NCBI GenBank assembly: GCA_013334575.1
Contig: JAAXXG010000008.1
Span: 1-46,204 of the forward strand
Direction of reading: 5' to 3'
Source of the DNA: Candidatus Moraniibacteriota bacterium
Lineage (GTDB): Bacteria; Patescibacteriota; Minisyncoccia; Moranbacterales; UBA1568
Length of the DNA stretch: 46,204 nt
Under the pieces are notes generated by a model. The model was not told the DNA's origin and did not search any database. It saw only the letters and a program-made list of their open reading frames with translations. The translations under genes and the position numbers were made by a program. Positions 10,545-19,381 of the stretch are shown here, piece after piece (within the stretch, counting starts at the first letter, position 1; each line of letters begins with the position of its first letter).

Positions 10545-11255
10545 TCAGAATGACAGATACTCGGCATACTTCCGGTACAGCTCGCCCGTCGCCCGGAGAT
10601 CACCGGCATTATACCGCGCGATATCGGCGTGCCGCCCCTCCCGGAAGAGCGTAGCCACGTCGTCGCCCGACACGCCGCCTGCCTTGGGACTCTCGATATC
10701 GAACGCGCGCGTCCACAGATGCAGGCTTCCTTTCCGCCGAACCGCCCCGTAAAAGGAAAGCTGTTCGAGCAGGTCGACATGTTTCGCGTCGCGCGGCTGC
10801 AGGTTGAGATACCGGTTCGCGACGAGGTTCTTGGAAGGCCGAACGCCGCGAATGGCGGAACGGACCATAAGGAACGGTGCGTCGAACGCACGTCCGTTGA
10901 ATGAGACGAACGTATCATAGCTTCGGGCGACATCCCAAAACTTCTCGAGCAGGGCGCGTTCCGTCATCGATTCGTACTTGAACGCCCCTTCCTCCTCGAC
11001 GATTCCCTCGGACCCGGGCGACTGATAGTACACCGCCCCTTTTTCACGCTCGAGATCGAGGATGCCGACTGCGACAATCTCGCCGGTCAACGGAGAGAAC
11101 CCGAGACCGTCCTTCACGTCGGCAAGCGCCGCGCGATATTCCTCTTCGTCCTTCGATTCTCGGCTGATCCACCGTGTCAGTGACTCCTGCGTCGTCTCAT
11201 CGAGGGAATCGAAGTCCTCCCCGACCGTCTCTATGTCGAATATGAGTGTAGCCAT
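10545..11255 (-). CDS. 3'-5' exonuclease, RNase H-like (PolB exonuclease-like)
   Basis: ExoI FDIET, ExoII SFNGRAFDAPFL, ExoIII YNAGDL. Confidence 0.88.
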   Translation of the reverse strand: MATLIFDIETVGEDFDSLDETTQESLTRWISRESKDEEEYRAALADVKDGLGFSPLTGEIVAVGILDLEREKGAVYYQSPGSEGIVEEEGAFKYESMTERALLEKFWDVARSYDTFVSFNGRAFDAPFLMVRSAIRGVRPSKNLVANRYLNLQPRDAKHVDLLEQLSFYGAVRRKGSLHLWTRAFDIESPKAGGVSGDDVATLFREGRHADIARYNAGDLRATGELYRKYAEYLSF

Positions 11256-11325
11256 AGCATACTGCGGACATCCCCCTCAGGATACCATGGAAGAATGTCC
11301 TCAGGAAGCGAATGGCCGACTTTCG

Positions 11326-11793
11326 TTACGGGCGCCCTTGCGCGCCGGGATCGTATATCGTCCCGCGCCGATAGCTCTCGATCACCTTCGCGGACGGAAA
11401 GAAAAGCGGGGATGGAAGATCCTCGAGCGGGAACCACCTCCATTCGGTTATCTCGTCGGGCTCCATGACCTTCGGCTCCCCTTCCGACGTTTCGGAAAGA
11501 AACCCGATCGTCACGAAATGCGCGTCCGGTACCCGGTCGTTCGCGAGGCTGATGACACGTATCGAGGAAGGATCGAGCACGATTCCCGTCTCCTCCGCCG
11601 TCTCCCGCACAGCCGATTCCTCGAAGGTCTCACCGAATTCCATCTTACCGCCCGGCATAGTCCATGTCGCTTCCCCGTGCAGTTCCGAATCCGCCTTCTC
11701 GGGATCCTCGTGACGCCGGCCAAGAAGGACCTTTCCATCCCGCAGGATCATGACCCCGAACCCGACTCCGACACGCCTCTTTTCATTCAACAT
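11326..11793 (-). CDS. NUDIX hydrolase
   Basis: Nudix box GGKMEFGETFEESAVRETAEETG. Confidence 0.92.
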   Translation of the reverse strand: MLNEKRRVGVGFGVMILRDGKVLLGRRHEDPEKADSELHGEATWTMPGGKMEFGETFEESAVRETAEETGIVLDPSSIRVISLANDRVPDAHFVTIGFLSETSEGEPKVMEPDEITEWRWFPLEDLPSPLFFPSAKVIESYRRGTIYDPGAQGRP

Positions 11794-11853
11794 AACACTC
11801 TCCGATTATTGCGAATATCGCCCCCAGTATACCATCGGATATCACCGAAACCG

Positions 11854-11883
11854 AAAACACCCCGGCATATGCCGGGGTGTTTT
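11854..11883. terminator. intrinsic terminator downstream of tRNA-Glu
   Basis: AAAACACCCCGGCATATGCCGGGGTGTTTT perfect inverted repeat with A/T tails. Confidence 0.8.
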
Positions 11884-11887
11884 CTTC

Positions 11888-11963
11888 TGGTGACCTCTAC
11901 GGGACTCGAACCCGTGTTCCCACCGTGAGAGGGTGGTGTCCTAGACCGCTAGACGAAGAGGCC
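11888..11963 (-). tRNA. tRNA-Glu(CTC), CCA encoded
   Basis: Cloverleaf; anticodon arm CCACC-CTCTCAC-GGTGG; GGTTCGAGTCC. Confidence 0.96.
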
Positions 11964-11986
11964 GTGTTCTCACTGTTTCATACCGG

Positions 11987-12057
11987 CAGGAGCGGAGGGA
12001 ATCGAACCCCCGACCGCGGTTTTGGAGACCGCTGTTATACCATTTAACTACGCTCCC
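11987..12057 (-). tRNA. tRNA-Trp(CCA)
   Basis: Anticodon arm GCGGT-CTCCAAA-ACCGC; GGTTCGATTCC. Confidence 0.95.
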
Positions 12058-12121
12058 GTCCCGTCATCCGGTCCGGGAGCGGTGCCAGAGAGCCCCCGCG
12101 CCCCTCCCGAGGACGGCCCGT

Positions 12122-12283
12122 CTACTTGCTCTCATTGTGCGGCGTGTGCTTGCGGCAAAACTTGCAGAACTTGCTGAGCGAAAGCTTCTCCTTCACTTTC
12201 TTCTTGTTCCGCGTCGTATAGGTCGTGATACGCCCACATTCCGAGCACTTCATCTTAGCCATGTTGTCCTTGATCTTCCCCAT
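12122..12283 (-). CDS. rpmG: 50S ribosomal protein L33
   Basis: Manual translation MGKIKDNMAKMKCSECGRITTYTTRNKKKVKEKLSLSKFCKFCRKHTPHNESK. Confidence 0.95.
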   Translation of the reverse strand: MGKIKDNMAKMKCSECGRITTYTTRNKKKVKEKLSLSKFCKFCRKHTPHNESK

Positions 12284-12309
12284 ATCGCCTCAAAAAATGT
12301 GACTGCTCC

Positions 12310-12338
12310 AGTGTACGGAAAAGACGGGATTCCGTCAA
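12310..12338 (-). promoter_or_regulatory. putative promoter for rpmG/tRNA-Trp/tRNA-Glu
   Basis: TTGACG, 17 bp, TACACT. Confidence 0.6.
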
Positions 12339-12353
12339 TCCCAGTCCCTCGTG

Positions 12354-12426
12354 AGCCGTTGACCGGGCTTGAACCGGTGACCTTCTCCTTACCATGGAGA
12401 TGCTCTACCAACTGAGCTACAACGGC
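12354..12426 (-). tRNA. tRNA-Thr(GGT)
   Basis: GCCGTTGTAGCTCAG..; anticodon arm TCTCC-ATGGTAA-GGAGA. Confidence 0.95.
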
Positions 12427-12466
12427 GATATCATCGCGATCCACGGAATCCATGCGCTATGGATAT

Positions 12467-12745
12467 CGCTGTGGGCAGGGAGGGAGAAATCCCCTCCCGG
12501 GAGATTTCTCTCCTTCGGGCCGGAGCGCTGCGCACGCTCGCGCCCTTCTCATCCCTTCACTATTTTCAATAACGACTACCACACCCGACGTATGAAACGC
12601 TGAGCACGGTTTTCGCTGTGGGCAGGGAGGGATTCGCCCATTCGGGCCGGAGCGCTGCGCACGCTCGCGCCCTTCTCATCCCTTCACTATTTTCAATAAC
12701 GACTACCACGCCCGACGTATGAAACGCTGAGCACGGTTTTCGCTG
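12467..12745 (-). repeat. two tandem tRNA-Tyr-linked repeat units (127 and 147 bp), each ending in a copy of the tRNA 3' end
   Basis: GTGGGCAGGGAGGGA at 12471, 12618 and 12745; the intervening ~105 bp are near-identical. Confidence 0.92.
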
Positions 12746-12829
12746 TGGGCAGGGAGGGATTCGAACCCCCGAAGGCACAAGGCCGGCAGATTTACAGTCT
12801 GCTCCGTTTGACCGCTCCGGCACCTACCC
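12746..12829 (-). tRNA. tRNA-Tyr(GTA), intact copy
   Basis: GGGTAGG acceptor, GCAGA-CTGTAAA-TCTGC anticodon arm, long variable arm, GGTTCGAATCC. Confidence 0.95.
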
Positions 12830-13087
12830 GTTATCAACTTCCAAACTCTCCCTCAGTCTTTTTCGAAGATCTTTCTTTCCGTCGCTTGTTTTCAGAAAAC
12901 GTTCCCGCCGTTCCGCTTCCGACTTGTAAGTATACGCTTCGTAGCACAGAAGCATGAGTGGTCGTCTCGATTTCGTCGATTCGACATTCCCGCTCCGATG
13001 CTCATCCATCCGCCTTTTCAGGTCTCCCGTCATTCCGACATAAAACTTCCCATCGTTCCCACTCCTCAAAATGTACACGTAATACAT
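12824..13087 (-). CDS. stand-alone GIY-YIG nuclease (87 aa)
   Basis: MYYVYILRS..KFYVGMTGDLKRRMDEH..STKSRRP..YEAY..EAERRERFLK; stop codon lies in nt 4-6 of tRNA-Tyr. Confidence 0.93.
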   Translation of the reverse strand: MYYVYILRSGNDGKFYVGMTGDLKRRMDEHRSGNVESTKSRRPLMLLCYEAYTYKSEAERRERFLKTSDGKKDLRKRLRESLEVDNG

Positions 13088-13097
13088 AAGAAGAACA

Positions 13098-13213
13098 AGG
13101 GATTCGCCCCGCATGCGCGGGGCGTCCGGCGCATGCCGGACGAACCCTAAATCCGAAGGCACAAGGCCGGCAGATTTACAGTCTGCTCCGTTTGACCGCT
13201 CCGGCACCTACCC
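13098..13213 (-). pseudogene. disrupted tRNA-Tyr copy (identical 5' 61 nt, T-arm with insertions, no 3' acceptor strand)
   Basis: 13153-13214 identical to 12769-12830; then a 5-nt insert, GGGTTCG, a 36-nt insert, AATCCCT. Confidence 0.9.
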
Positions 13214-13234
13214 GAATATCTTTTCAACCACCTG

Positions 13235-13307
13235 AGCCGAAGGCCGGATTCGAACCGGCGACCGACGGTTTACAAAACCGTTGCTCTACCAGCTGAGCTA
13301 CTTCGGC
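13235..13307 (-). tRNA. tRNA-Thr(TGT)
   Basis: Anticodon arm ACGGT-TTTGTAA-ACCGT; GGTTCGAATCC. Confidence 0.95.
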
Positions 13308-13340
13308 ACTTCGGACCGACACTCCGACAGACAGTATATA

Positions 13341-14087
13341 TCATCGAGAGCGATCTTCAAACGCCTTCTCCAGTCTCCGGATCTTCACCTTCACGGCGCG
13401 ATTCGTCGGATGAAGCTTGAGCGCCTGCCGATAGCATTCCTTCGCGTCCTGAAGGTTCGATGACGCGAAGTAACAGTCGCCGAGCTCCTCGTACGCCGCC
13501 GCATCTCGCGGGTTCTCGACGATGCGGGCGATAAGCGATTCCTCCCGCGAACCGTCGGCACGGGAAACCGGGGCCGACTCGGGCCGAACGACCCGCTCGC
13601 GGAGCATCGGCCGAGACTCTGCGATTCCGTCGGTCGCGACCACCTTCCCGTTACCGCGAGCTCCCTCTTCTTCCGGAAACGCCTCCTCGAGAAACGCCTT
13701 GGAAGACGTCTCCACGCTTCCCGATTCGTTTCCAGCGGCCTTCCGGGAGAAGACCGAGGAACGTTCGCGTTTCACGGGCTGTTCTCCGAGACTCTTCCTC
13801 ATCGCATCGAGTTCCGTCCGACGTCGCCGCAACTGCTCCAGGGAAGACTGGAAGAAGTTATGAACCCGAAGCGTCGCCGTCTTGAATCTTGATGCGATCC
13901 GTTCGAGCATCTTAAGCAGGAATGCCCGACGAGAAAGGGCGCGGGAATGGGAGGTTGCCCCGGACGAACCGCTCATCGACGAGAGTTTCTCGGCGATATC
14001 GGCATCGCCCATCCTCCTCGAAAGGAACCAGAGGAGCGTTCCGAGCGCGATCACGATCACGAATGGCGGGACGATGAGATACCACAT
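13341..14087 (-). CDS. membrane-anchored TPR protein
   Basis: N-terminal TM; C-terminal TPR (AYEELGDCYF..DAKECYRQALKLHPTN). Confidence 0.85.
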   Translation of the reverse strand: MWYLIVPPFVIVIALGTLLWFLSRRMGDADIAEKLSSMSGSSGATSHSRALSRRAFLLKMLERIASRFKTATLRVHNFFQSSLEQLRRRRTELDAMRKSLGEQPVKRERSSVFSRKAAGNESGSVETSSKAFLEEAFPEEEGARGNGKVVATDGIAESRPMLRERVVRPESAPVSRADGSREESLIARIVENPRDAAAYEELGDCYFASSNLQDAKECYRQALKLHPTNRAVKVKIRRLEKAFEDRSR

Positions 14088-14127
14088 GGGAGTTGGACGT
14101 TCCTTCGAAAGCGACGCGGTACGGGAA

Positions 14128-14712
14128 TCAGATCTCGTACCGGACGAAACCGCCTATCTGGATGTTCTCGCCGATCTTCTGCACGTTCTCCGAGAGGAGG
14201 TCGGCAACGGTCCGGTCCGGATCCTTCACGAACGGCTGCGTCAGGAGAGCGGACTCTTCCCGAAGCTTCCGTTCCTTCCCCTCGAGAATCTTCCCGATCA
14301 TCTCTTCAGGCTTGCCGGCGTTCCGAAGCTCTTCGGCCCAGACGGACCGCTCCGATTCGATCGTCGATCCGGAGACGTCCTCGGGACGGAGCACCGAGGG
14401 GTTCATCGCGGCGACGTGCATCGCGATGTCGCGCCCGAGCTCCTGAAAATCGCTGTTCCGAGCGACAAAGTCCGTCTCGCAGAAAAGCTTCACCATGGCG
14501 GCGACACGACCGTTCCCGTGAAGATAGGTCGCGATGACTCCCTCCTTCGCCTCGCGATCGGTCTTCTTTACAGCCTTCGCCGCACCGCGCTCGCGAAGGA
14601 TCCTGATAGCCCCCTCCTCGTCGCCCTCCGCTTCCTCAAGCGCCTTCTTCACCTCGACGATTCCGGCACCGGTCCGTTCGCGGAGAGCCTTGATCAGTTC
14701 CATGGAAATCAT
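14128..14712 (-). CDS. tsf: elongation factor Ts (short form)
   Basis: IKALRERTGAG, CETDFVARN, IAMHVAAMNP, LLTQPFVKD. Confidence 0.97.
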   Translation of the reverse strand: MISMELIKALRERTGAGIVEVKKALEEAEGDEEGAIRILRERGAAKAVKKTDREAKEGVIATYLHGNGRVAAMVKLFCETDFVARNSDFQELGRDIAMHVAAMNPSVLRPEDVSGSTIESERSVWAEELRNAGKPEEMIGKILEGKERKLREESALLTQPFVKDPDRTVADLLSENVQKIGENIQIGGFVRYEI

Positions 14713-14756
14713 AGGTTTGTTCTTGCGTCCGTTTACGACCGTCGCGAGCGGGACCG

Positions 14757-15548
14757 TTATCCCTTCATCGGGATCCCCTTCGTCTCGGCGACCGCCTTGC
14801 CGAGTGCTCCGAGCAGGAGCCGGAGCGACGACAGCGCGTCGTCGTTACCCGGAACCGGATACTCGACCTGCGTCGCATCCGCGTTCGTATCGATAATCGC
14901 AACGACCGGAATACCAAGCGCATGCGCCTCGCGGATCGCAAGCTTACCCTCTTTCCCGTCGGCAACCACGACCGCTCCGGGCAGCTCGCGCATCTCCTTG
15001 ATACCGCCCATGCGTTTACGCAGGCGCTCCACCTCCTCAAGCAGGCGCTGCCGCTCGAACTTGGTATACATCTGGAACTCACCCTTCTCGAGCTTCTCTT
15101 CCGTCTCGCGGAAATACCGCGTGCGGTTACGGATCACGGAATAGTTCGTCAGCGTGCCACCGAGCCAGCGCTCGATGACGTACGGTTCCCCAAGCCGCTT
15201 GGCGAGGGAAAGGACGAACGGATGCGTATGCTTCTTCATGCCGACGAACAAGATCGGCTTGCCGGCTTTCGCGGTCTCCGCAAGGAACTTCCCGGCACGT
15301 TCCAGATACTCGGACGTCTTGCCGAGATCGATGATATTGACGTTCTGCCGCGTCATGAAGACGAGCGGCCTCATCGAGGGGTGCAGGCGAGACTTGAGGT
15401 GTCCGAAATGGACGCCCGCCGCAAGCATCGCCTCGAAACCCGTGTCGAGCGCCGAAAAATCGAACGTTTCGAACGGGGCTTCCGACTGTCCGGTTTTTGC
15501 GGCCGGTACCGCCGAATCCTTCACGGATCCAGTCTGGCTCTTCGCCAT
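14757..15548 (-). CDS. rpsB: 30S ribosomal protein S2
   Basis: AGVHFGH, RWLGGTLTN, DTNAD, PGNDDA. Confidence 0.97.
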   Translation of the reverse strand: MAKSQTGSVKDSAVPAAKTGQSEAPFETFDFSALDTGFEAMLAAGVHFGHLKSRLHPSMRPLVFMTRQNVNIIDLGKTSEYLERAGKFLAETAKAGKPILFVGMKKHTHPFVLSLAKRLGEPYVIERWLGGTLTNYSVIRNRTRYFRETEEKLEKGEFQMYTKFERQRLLEEVERLRKRMGGIKEMRELPGAVVVADGKEGKLAIREAHALGIPVVAIIDTNADATQVEYPVPGNDDALSSLRLLLGALGKAVAETKGIPMKG

Positions 15549-15765
15549 ACGGTTCTTCTTCCTTATTTCGCTTACCCCCGGGAGCCCTCCTTCCCCTATC
15601 GCGGCCCCGGAAAGCCCGTCGCCCCGGAAAAACCGGAAGCGAAGGACGCATCACCTGTCTTCCTTTCGGACCGCACCCCGAAGGGAAGCGGGGCAGGAAC
15701 GGCCGGAAATCTCGGAAAACATGAATGATTCCCGTCTCCCGGATACCCGGAAAACGGTACTTGGA

Positions 15766-15794
15766 AGGATACCCGAAGCGTCGAGCCTTGTCAA
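15766..15794 (-). promoter_or_regulatory. putative rpsB-tsf promoter (implies a ~210-nt leader)
   Basis: TTGACA, 17 bp, TATCCT. Confidence 0.55.
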
Positions 15795-15878
15795 TTTCGA
15801 AGAGGCGTGATACGATGCCTCACGTTCGATACGGAACGCTTTTTTCGTAATAGTTAGAGCGCGAAAGCGCGAGCGGCT

Positions 15879-16163
15879 ATGAAACAGGGAATTCATCCGG
15901 CATACCACGACGACGCGGTCATCACCTGCGCCTGCGGAGAGACGTATGAGACGGGATCGGTAAAGAAGTCGATCGACATCGAGATCTGCGCCAGGTGTCA
16001 TCCGTTCTACACGGGCAAGCAGAAGTATGTCGACACGACCGGACGCGTCGAGCGCTTCAAGCAGCTCTCGGAACGGTCGAAGGCGCGACAGGCGACCATC
16101 GCCCCGAAGAAGGCCCGGATCAGGAAGTCCGCCGAGGACACGTCCGCAAAGAAGGCCGAGTAG
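15879..16163 (+). CDS. rpmE: 50S ribosomal protein L31
   Basis: [31 protein letters not shown]. Confidence 0.97.
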   Translation: MKQGIHPAYHDDAVITCACGETYETGSVKKSIDIEICARCHPFYTGKQKYVDTTGRVERFKQLSERSKARQATIAPKKARIRKSAEDTSAKKAE

Positions 16164-16272
16164 CCCCGGAACCGAAGAGGCGCGTCCCCGAAGGAAGCGC
16201 CTTTTCGTTTCCCTTCCGGAGTCCGTTCGTATATCATACGTGTGACCGGAGCCCCTCATCATCACACCCCTT

Positions 16273-17367
16273 ATGGATGAGCTCATCAGAAATATCGAGG
16301 AACAGGAGCGTCTGGTAGACGCCGAGCTTGCCGATCCGGAAACGCCGAAACGACCGAGCCGTCTCGCGGAACTCGGACGACGCAAGGCCGAACTCGCTTT
16401 CATCATGGAGAAAGCGGGAGAGTTCGCCTCGGTCGAAAACGCCATGCGGGACAATGCGACCCTCATGAAGGAAACCGATGAGGAAGAACTCAGATCGCTC
16501 GCGATCGAGGAAAACATAGGACTCTCCGCCCGCCGCGACATCCTCGAGAAAGAACTCCGTAAATTACTGCTTCCGCGCGACCCGAACGACGAGAAGGACG
16601 TGATCGTGGAAATCCGCGCCGGAGCCGGAGGCGACGAATCCAGCCTGTTCGCGGCGAACCTGTTCCGCATGTATTCGAGGTATGCCGAATCCGTCGGCTG
16701 GTCGGTCGTCGTCGTCCATTCCAACCAGACCGAAGTCGGCGGTTTCAAGGAAATCGTCTTCGAGGTGAACCGCGGACGGGCCGCGGTCCCCGTCTATCAG
16801 AAGCTCAAGTACGAATCCGGGGTTCATCGCGTTCAACGCGTTCCGGAAACCGAGAAGGCCGGACGCATCCACACCTCGACCGCGACGGTCGCCGTACTGC
16901 CGACAGCCGAAGAGGTCGAACTCGAGATCAATCCCACGGATCTGCGGATCGATACGTTCTGTTCGTCTGGTCCCGGCGGCCAGTCCGTGAATACCACCTA
17001 CAGCGCGGTCCGCATCACCCATCTCCCTTCGGGACTGGTCGTTTCCTGCCAGGACGAGAAGTCGCAGATCAAGAACAAGGAACGCGCCATGAAGGTTCTC
17101 CGTTCCCGACTCCTCCAACTCGAGGAAGAACGGCGGGCCAAGGAACTCGGTGACGCGCGACGCTCGCAGATCGGAACCGGAGACCGGAGCGAAAAGATCC
17201 GCACCTATAATTTCCCTCAGGACCGGATAACCGATCACCGGGTGAAGCTGTCATGGAGCGGCATAGAGCGCGTGCTTGGCGGAGGACTCGACGAGATCGC
17301 CACCGCTCTCGAAGAGGAGGATATCCGCCGAAAGCTCGGGGAAGACGCTCCGACGACGTCCGTATGA
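16273..17367 (+). CDS. prfA: peptide chain release factor 1
   Basis: [11 protein letters not shown] (PxT motif), [21 protein letters not shown]. Confidence 0.97.
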   Translation: MDELIRNIEEQERLVDAELADPETPKRPSRLAELGRRKAELAFIMEKAGEFASVENAMRDNATLMKETDEEELRSLAIEENIGLSARRDILEKELRKLLLPRDPNDEKDVIVEIRAGAGGDESSLFAANLFRMYSRYAESVGWSVVVVHSNQTEVGGFKEIVFEVNRGRAAVPVYQKLKYESGVHRVQRVPETEKAGRIHTSTATVAVLPTAEEVELEINPTDLRIDTFCSSGPGGQSVNTTYSAVRITHLPSGLVVSCQDEKSQIKNKERAMKVLRSRLLQLEEERRAKELGDARRSQIGTGDRSEKIRTYNFPQDRITDHRVKLSWSGIERVLGGGLDEIATALEEEDIRRKLGEDAPTTSV

Positions 17368-18266
17368 CGACGCTTTCCGACCTGTCGCGCGAATTCGGCG
17401 ACCGGGTCGACCGGACCGACTTCGCGATCCTCGCGGCGCATGCGGTCGGCAAACCGAAGGAATACGTATTCCGGGAACCGGGACACGTCCTCTCCGGAAC
17501 GGAAGAGACCGCGCTCCGGGAATCGCTCCGTCGCCGCTCGTCCCGAGAACCGGTCGCATACATCGTCGGCGAGAAGGAATTCTTCGGACTCCCCTTCGAA
17601 GTGACACGCGACACTCTCGTCCCGCGCCCCGAGACCGAACATCTGGTCGAAGAGGCACTCTCACTCCTCTCCGGAACGGATTCCGACACGACCGTCATCG
17701 ATATCGGCACCGGAAGCGGCGCGATTATCGTTCCGATCGCAAAAACGATCGGAACGACGGTCGCAAAAACGATCGACGAACCGAAAAAGATATCGTTCTT
17801 CGCCACAGACTTCTCTACCGGCGCGCTCGAAGTCGCAAGACGGAACGCGAAACGCCATGATGTCGGACATCGCATCGTCTTTCTCGAAGGAAATCTTCTT
17901 GATCCGGTTCCCGAAGACGCGTTCGACTCCGATCGGATCATCTTCCTCGCAAATCTCCCCTACCTCTCGGAAGAGATTTACTCGTCCGCCGATCGCGACG
18001 TCCGCGACTACGAACCGCGCTCCGCGCTCGTCGCCCAAGACGACGGACTCGCGCTCTACCTCCGCCTCCTCGACGACATCGCGCGCAGAAAGCACGACTC
18101 CTGGCCGGATATGCGGATCAACGGTCTTTTCGAGATCGGCCCGGAACAGCGTGACCGGATCTCGTCGGAATTCGAGAGACGCTTTCCGAACGACGAACAC
18201 TCGATCATCGACGACCTCTCCGGCCGCCCCCGAATCTTCCGGTTCCGGATTTCTCCGGAACGGTGA
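17364..18266 (+). CDS. prmC: release factor glutamine methyltransferase
   Basis: [27 protein letters not shown]; ATGA overlap with the prfA stop. Confidence 0.95.
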   Translation: MTTLSDLSREFGDRVDRTDFAILAAHAVGKPKEYVFREPGHVLSGTEETALRESLRRRSSREPVAYIVGEKEFFGLPFEVTRDTLVPRPETEHLVEEALSLLSGTDSDTTVIDIGTGSGAIIVPIAKTIGTTVAKTIDEPKKISFFATDFSTGALEVARRNAKRHDVGHRIVFLEGNLLDPVPEDAFDSDRIIFLANLPYLSEEIYSSADRDVRDYEPRSALVAQDDGLALYLRLLDDIARRKHDSWPDMRINGLFEIGPEQRDRISSEFERRFPNDEHSIIDDLSGRPRIFRFRISPER

Positions 18267-18367
18267 CACGGTACCCCCTGGCTCCGACAACGCTTGACGC
18301 ACCCACATCATTTACGTATATTCTTTGAAAAAGAGTTTCTTTTTCAACCATAACCGGAGAATTTCCG

Positions 18368-19231
18368 ATGGACAGAACGAATGAAATCCCGCTTTTCCTG
18401 CGAACCGAATACGACCAGGCAGACGTAACCTTCCGTTTCATATTCAATCGTCATTCGATAGACATCCTCCGCTTCACGAGCTGGATGGAGTCCTTCACAA
18501 GAATAGAGGAACTCGAACGGTCCCTGAATTCCAAAAGGCCTATCGGCATAAACGGCTGCCTTATCCCGGATTCGCAGTTCACATACCGATACGAACTTCC
18601 ATGCCTCTACCGGGATCCGTACGAATGCCGGACATGCGGAGGCGCCGGCTACCGGTTCGGATGCGTATGCGCGAATTGTCGCGGAACCGGCACACAACGG
18701 GAAGACGATCCGAACGCCCGACAATCGTTCGATGATTTCTGTCGGACACTCCGTTTCACTACAGAGCTGTTCGAATCGGCAATAACCCTGCACGAGATTG
18801 CCGGAAGGGAGACGACCGAGTCCTTCCAGCAGACCGAAAGACAAACGATGCTGTATTTCTTCGACGACGAAACAGGATATGACTCAGCGATGCGGGGATG
18901 GTTAGAGAAAACCATCGTCGACTCGGCATCGTCATTCACGGAACCGGAACGACTCACCGTATCGGAATCCATGCGAAGCGTGAATGCGCGACTGTTCGCG
19001 GACCGGCAACGACACGAGGCATATGAGTTTCCGTTCTATAGCGCACCGCATTTCGAACTGCAGGTTCCCGGAAGTCACAGCGCTCTCGTGCTCGACAGGA
19101 AGGCCGGGCTTCTTCGAGAGGGATACCGGCTCAACAGCCACAACGTCGACGGAAGATCATCGCAGGTGATGCTTATCGCCGGACTCGCGACGATCGATCG
19201 CATCGCGCGGGAACGCCTTACGGGACGATAA
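18368..19231 (+). CDS. hypothetical protein with DnaJ-type zinc-finger motifs
   Basis: CRTCGGAG and CANCRGTG (CxxCxGxG); own promoter TTGACG-17-TATATT at 18294-18322 and hairpin terminator at 19271-19299. Confidence 0.75.
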   Translation: MDRTNEIPLFLRTEYDQADVTFRFIFNRHSIDILRFTSWMESFTRIEELERSLNSKRPIGINGCLIPDSQFTYRYELPCLYRDPYECRTCGGAGYRFGCVCANCRGTGTQREDDPNARQSFDDFCRTLRFTTELFESAITLHEIAGRETTESFQQTERQTMLYFFDDETGYDSAMRGWLEKTIVDSASSFTEPERLTVSESMRSVNARLFADRQRHEAYEFPFYSAPHFELQVPGSHSALVLDRKAGLLREGYRLNSHNVDGRSSQVMLIAGLATIDRIARERLTGR

Positions 19232-19315
19232 ACAAAGCCGTCGTCCTTGCCGCGAGCAGGCAGGAAACGGAAAGCCTCATGTGAACACGTGAGGCTTTTC
19301 CCGCTTCTCCCTCCA

Positions 19316-19353
19316 CAAGCAGAAAACCCGCATTACTGCGGGTTTTCTGCTTG
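19316..19353. terminator. long inverted-repeat terminator between convergent genes
   Basis: CAAGCAGAAAACCCGCA-TTAC-TGCGGGTTTTCTGCTTG. Confidence 0.8.
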
Positions 19354-19381
19354 AAGAACCAAAAAAATCGGAGAAAGAAAA

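Noticed and set aside
11854-11883. Third copy of the T-loop mini-hairpin (CCGGCATATGCCGG)
   Set aside because: Adequately explained as the stem of a tRNA-operon terminator; the loop differs and there is no CG duplication.
12467-12765. CRISPR array
   Set aside because: The would-be spacers are near-identical to each other, the repeat is a tRNA 3' end, and no cas genes are present.
12824-13152. Group I intron in tRNA-Tyr encoding a homing endonuclease
   Set aside because: No room for a catalytic core around the ORF, the interruption is not in the anticodon loop, and a complete uninterrupted tRNA follows.
12566-13207. ORFs starting MPERSNGADCKSAGLVPS (12566-12823 and the N-terminal extension of 12824-13207)
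   Set aside because: These are translations of tRNA-Tyr sequence; the nuclease most plausibly starts at ATG 13087.
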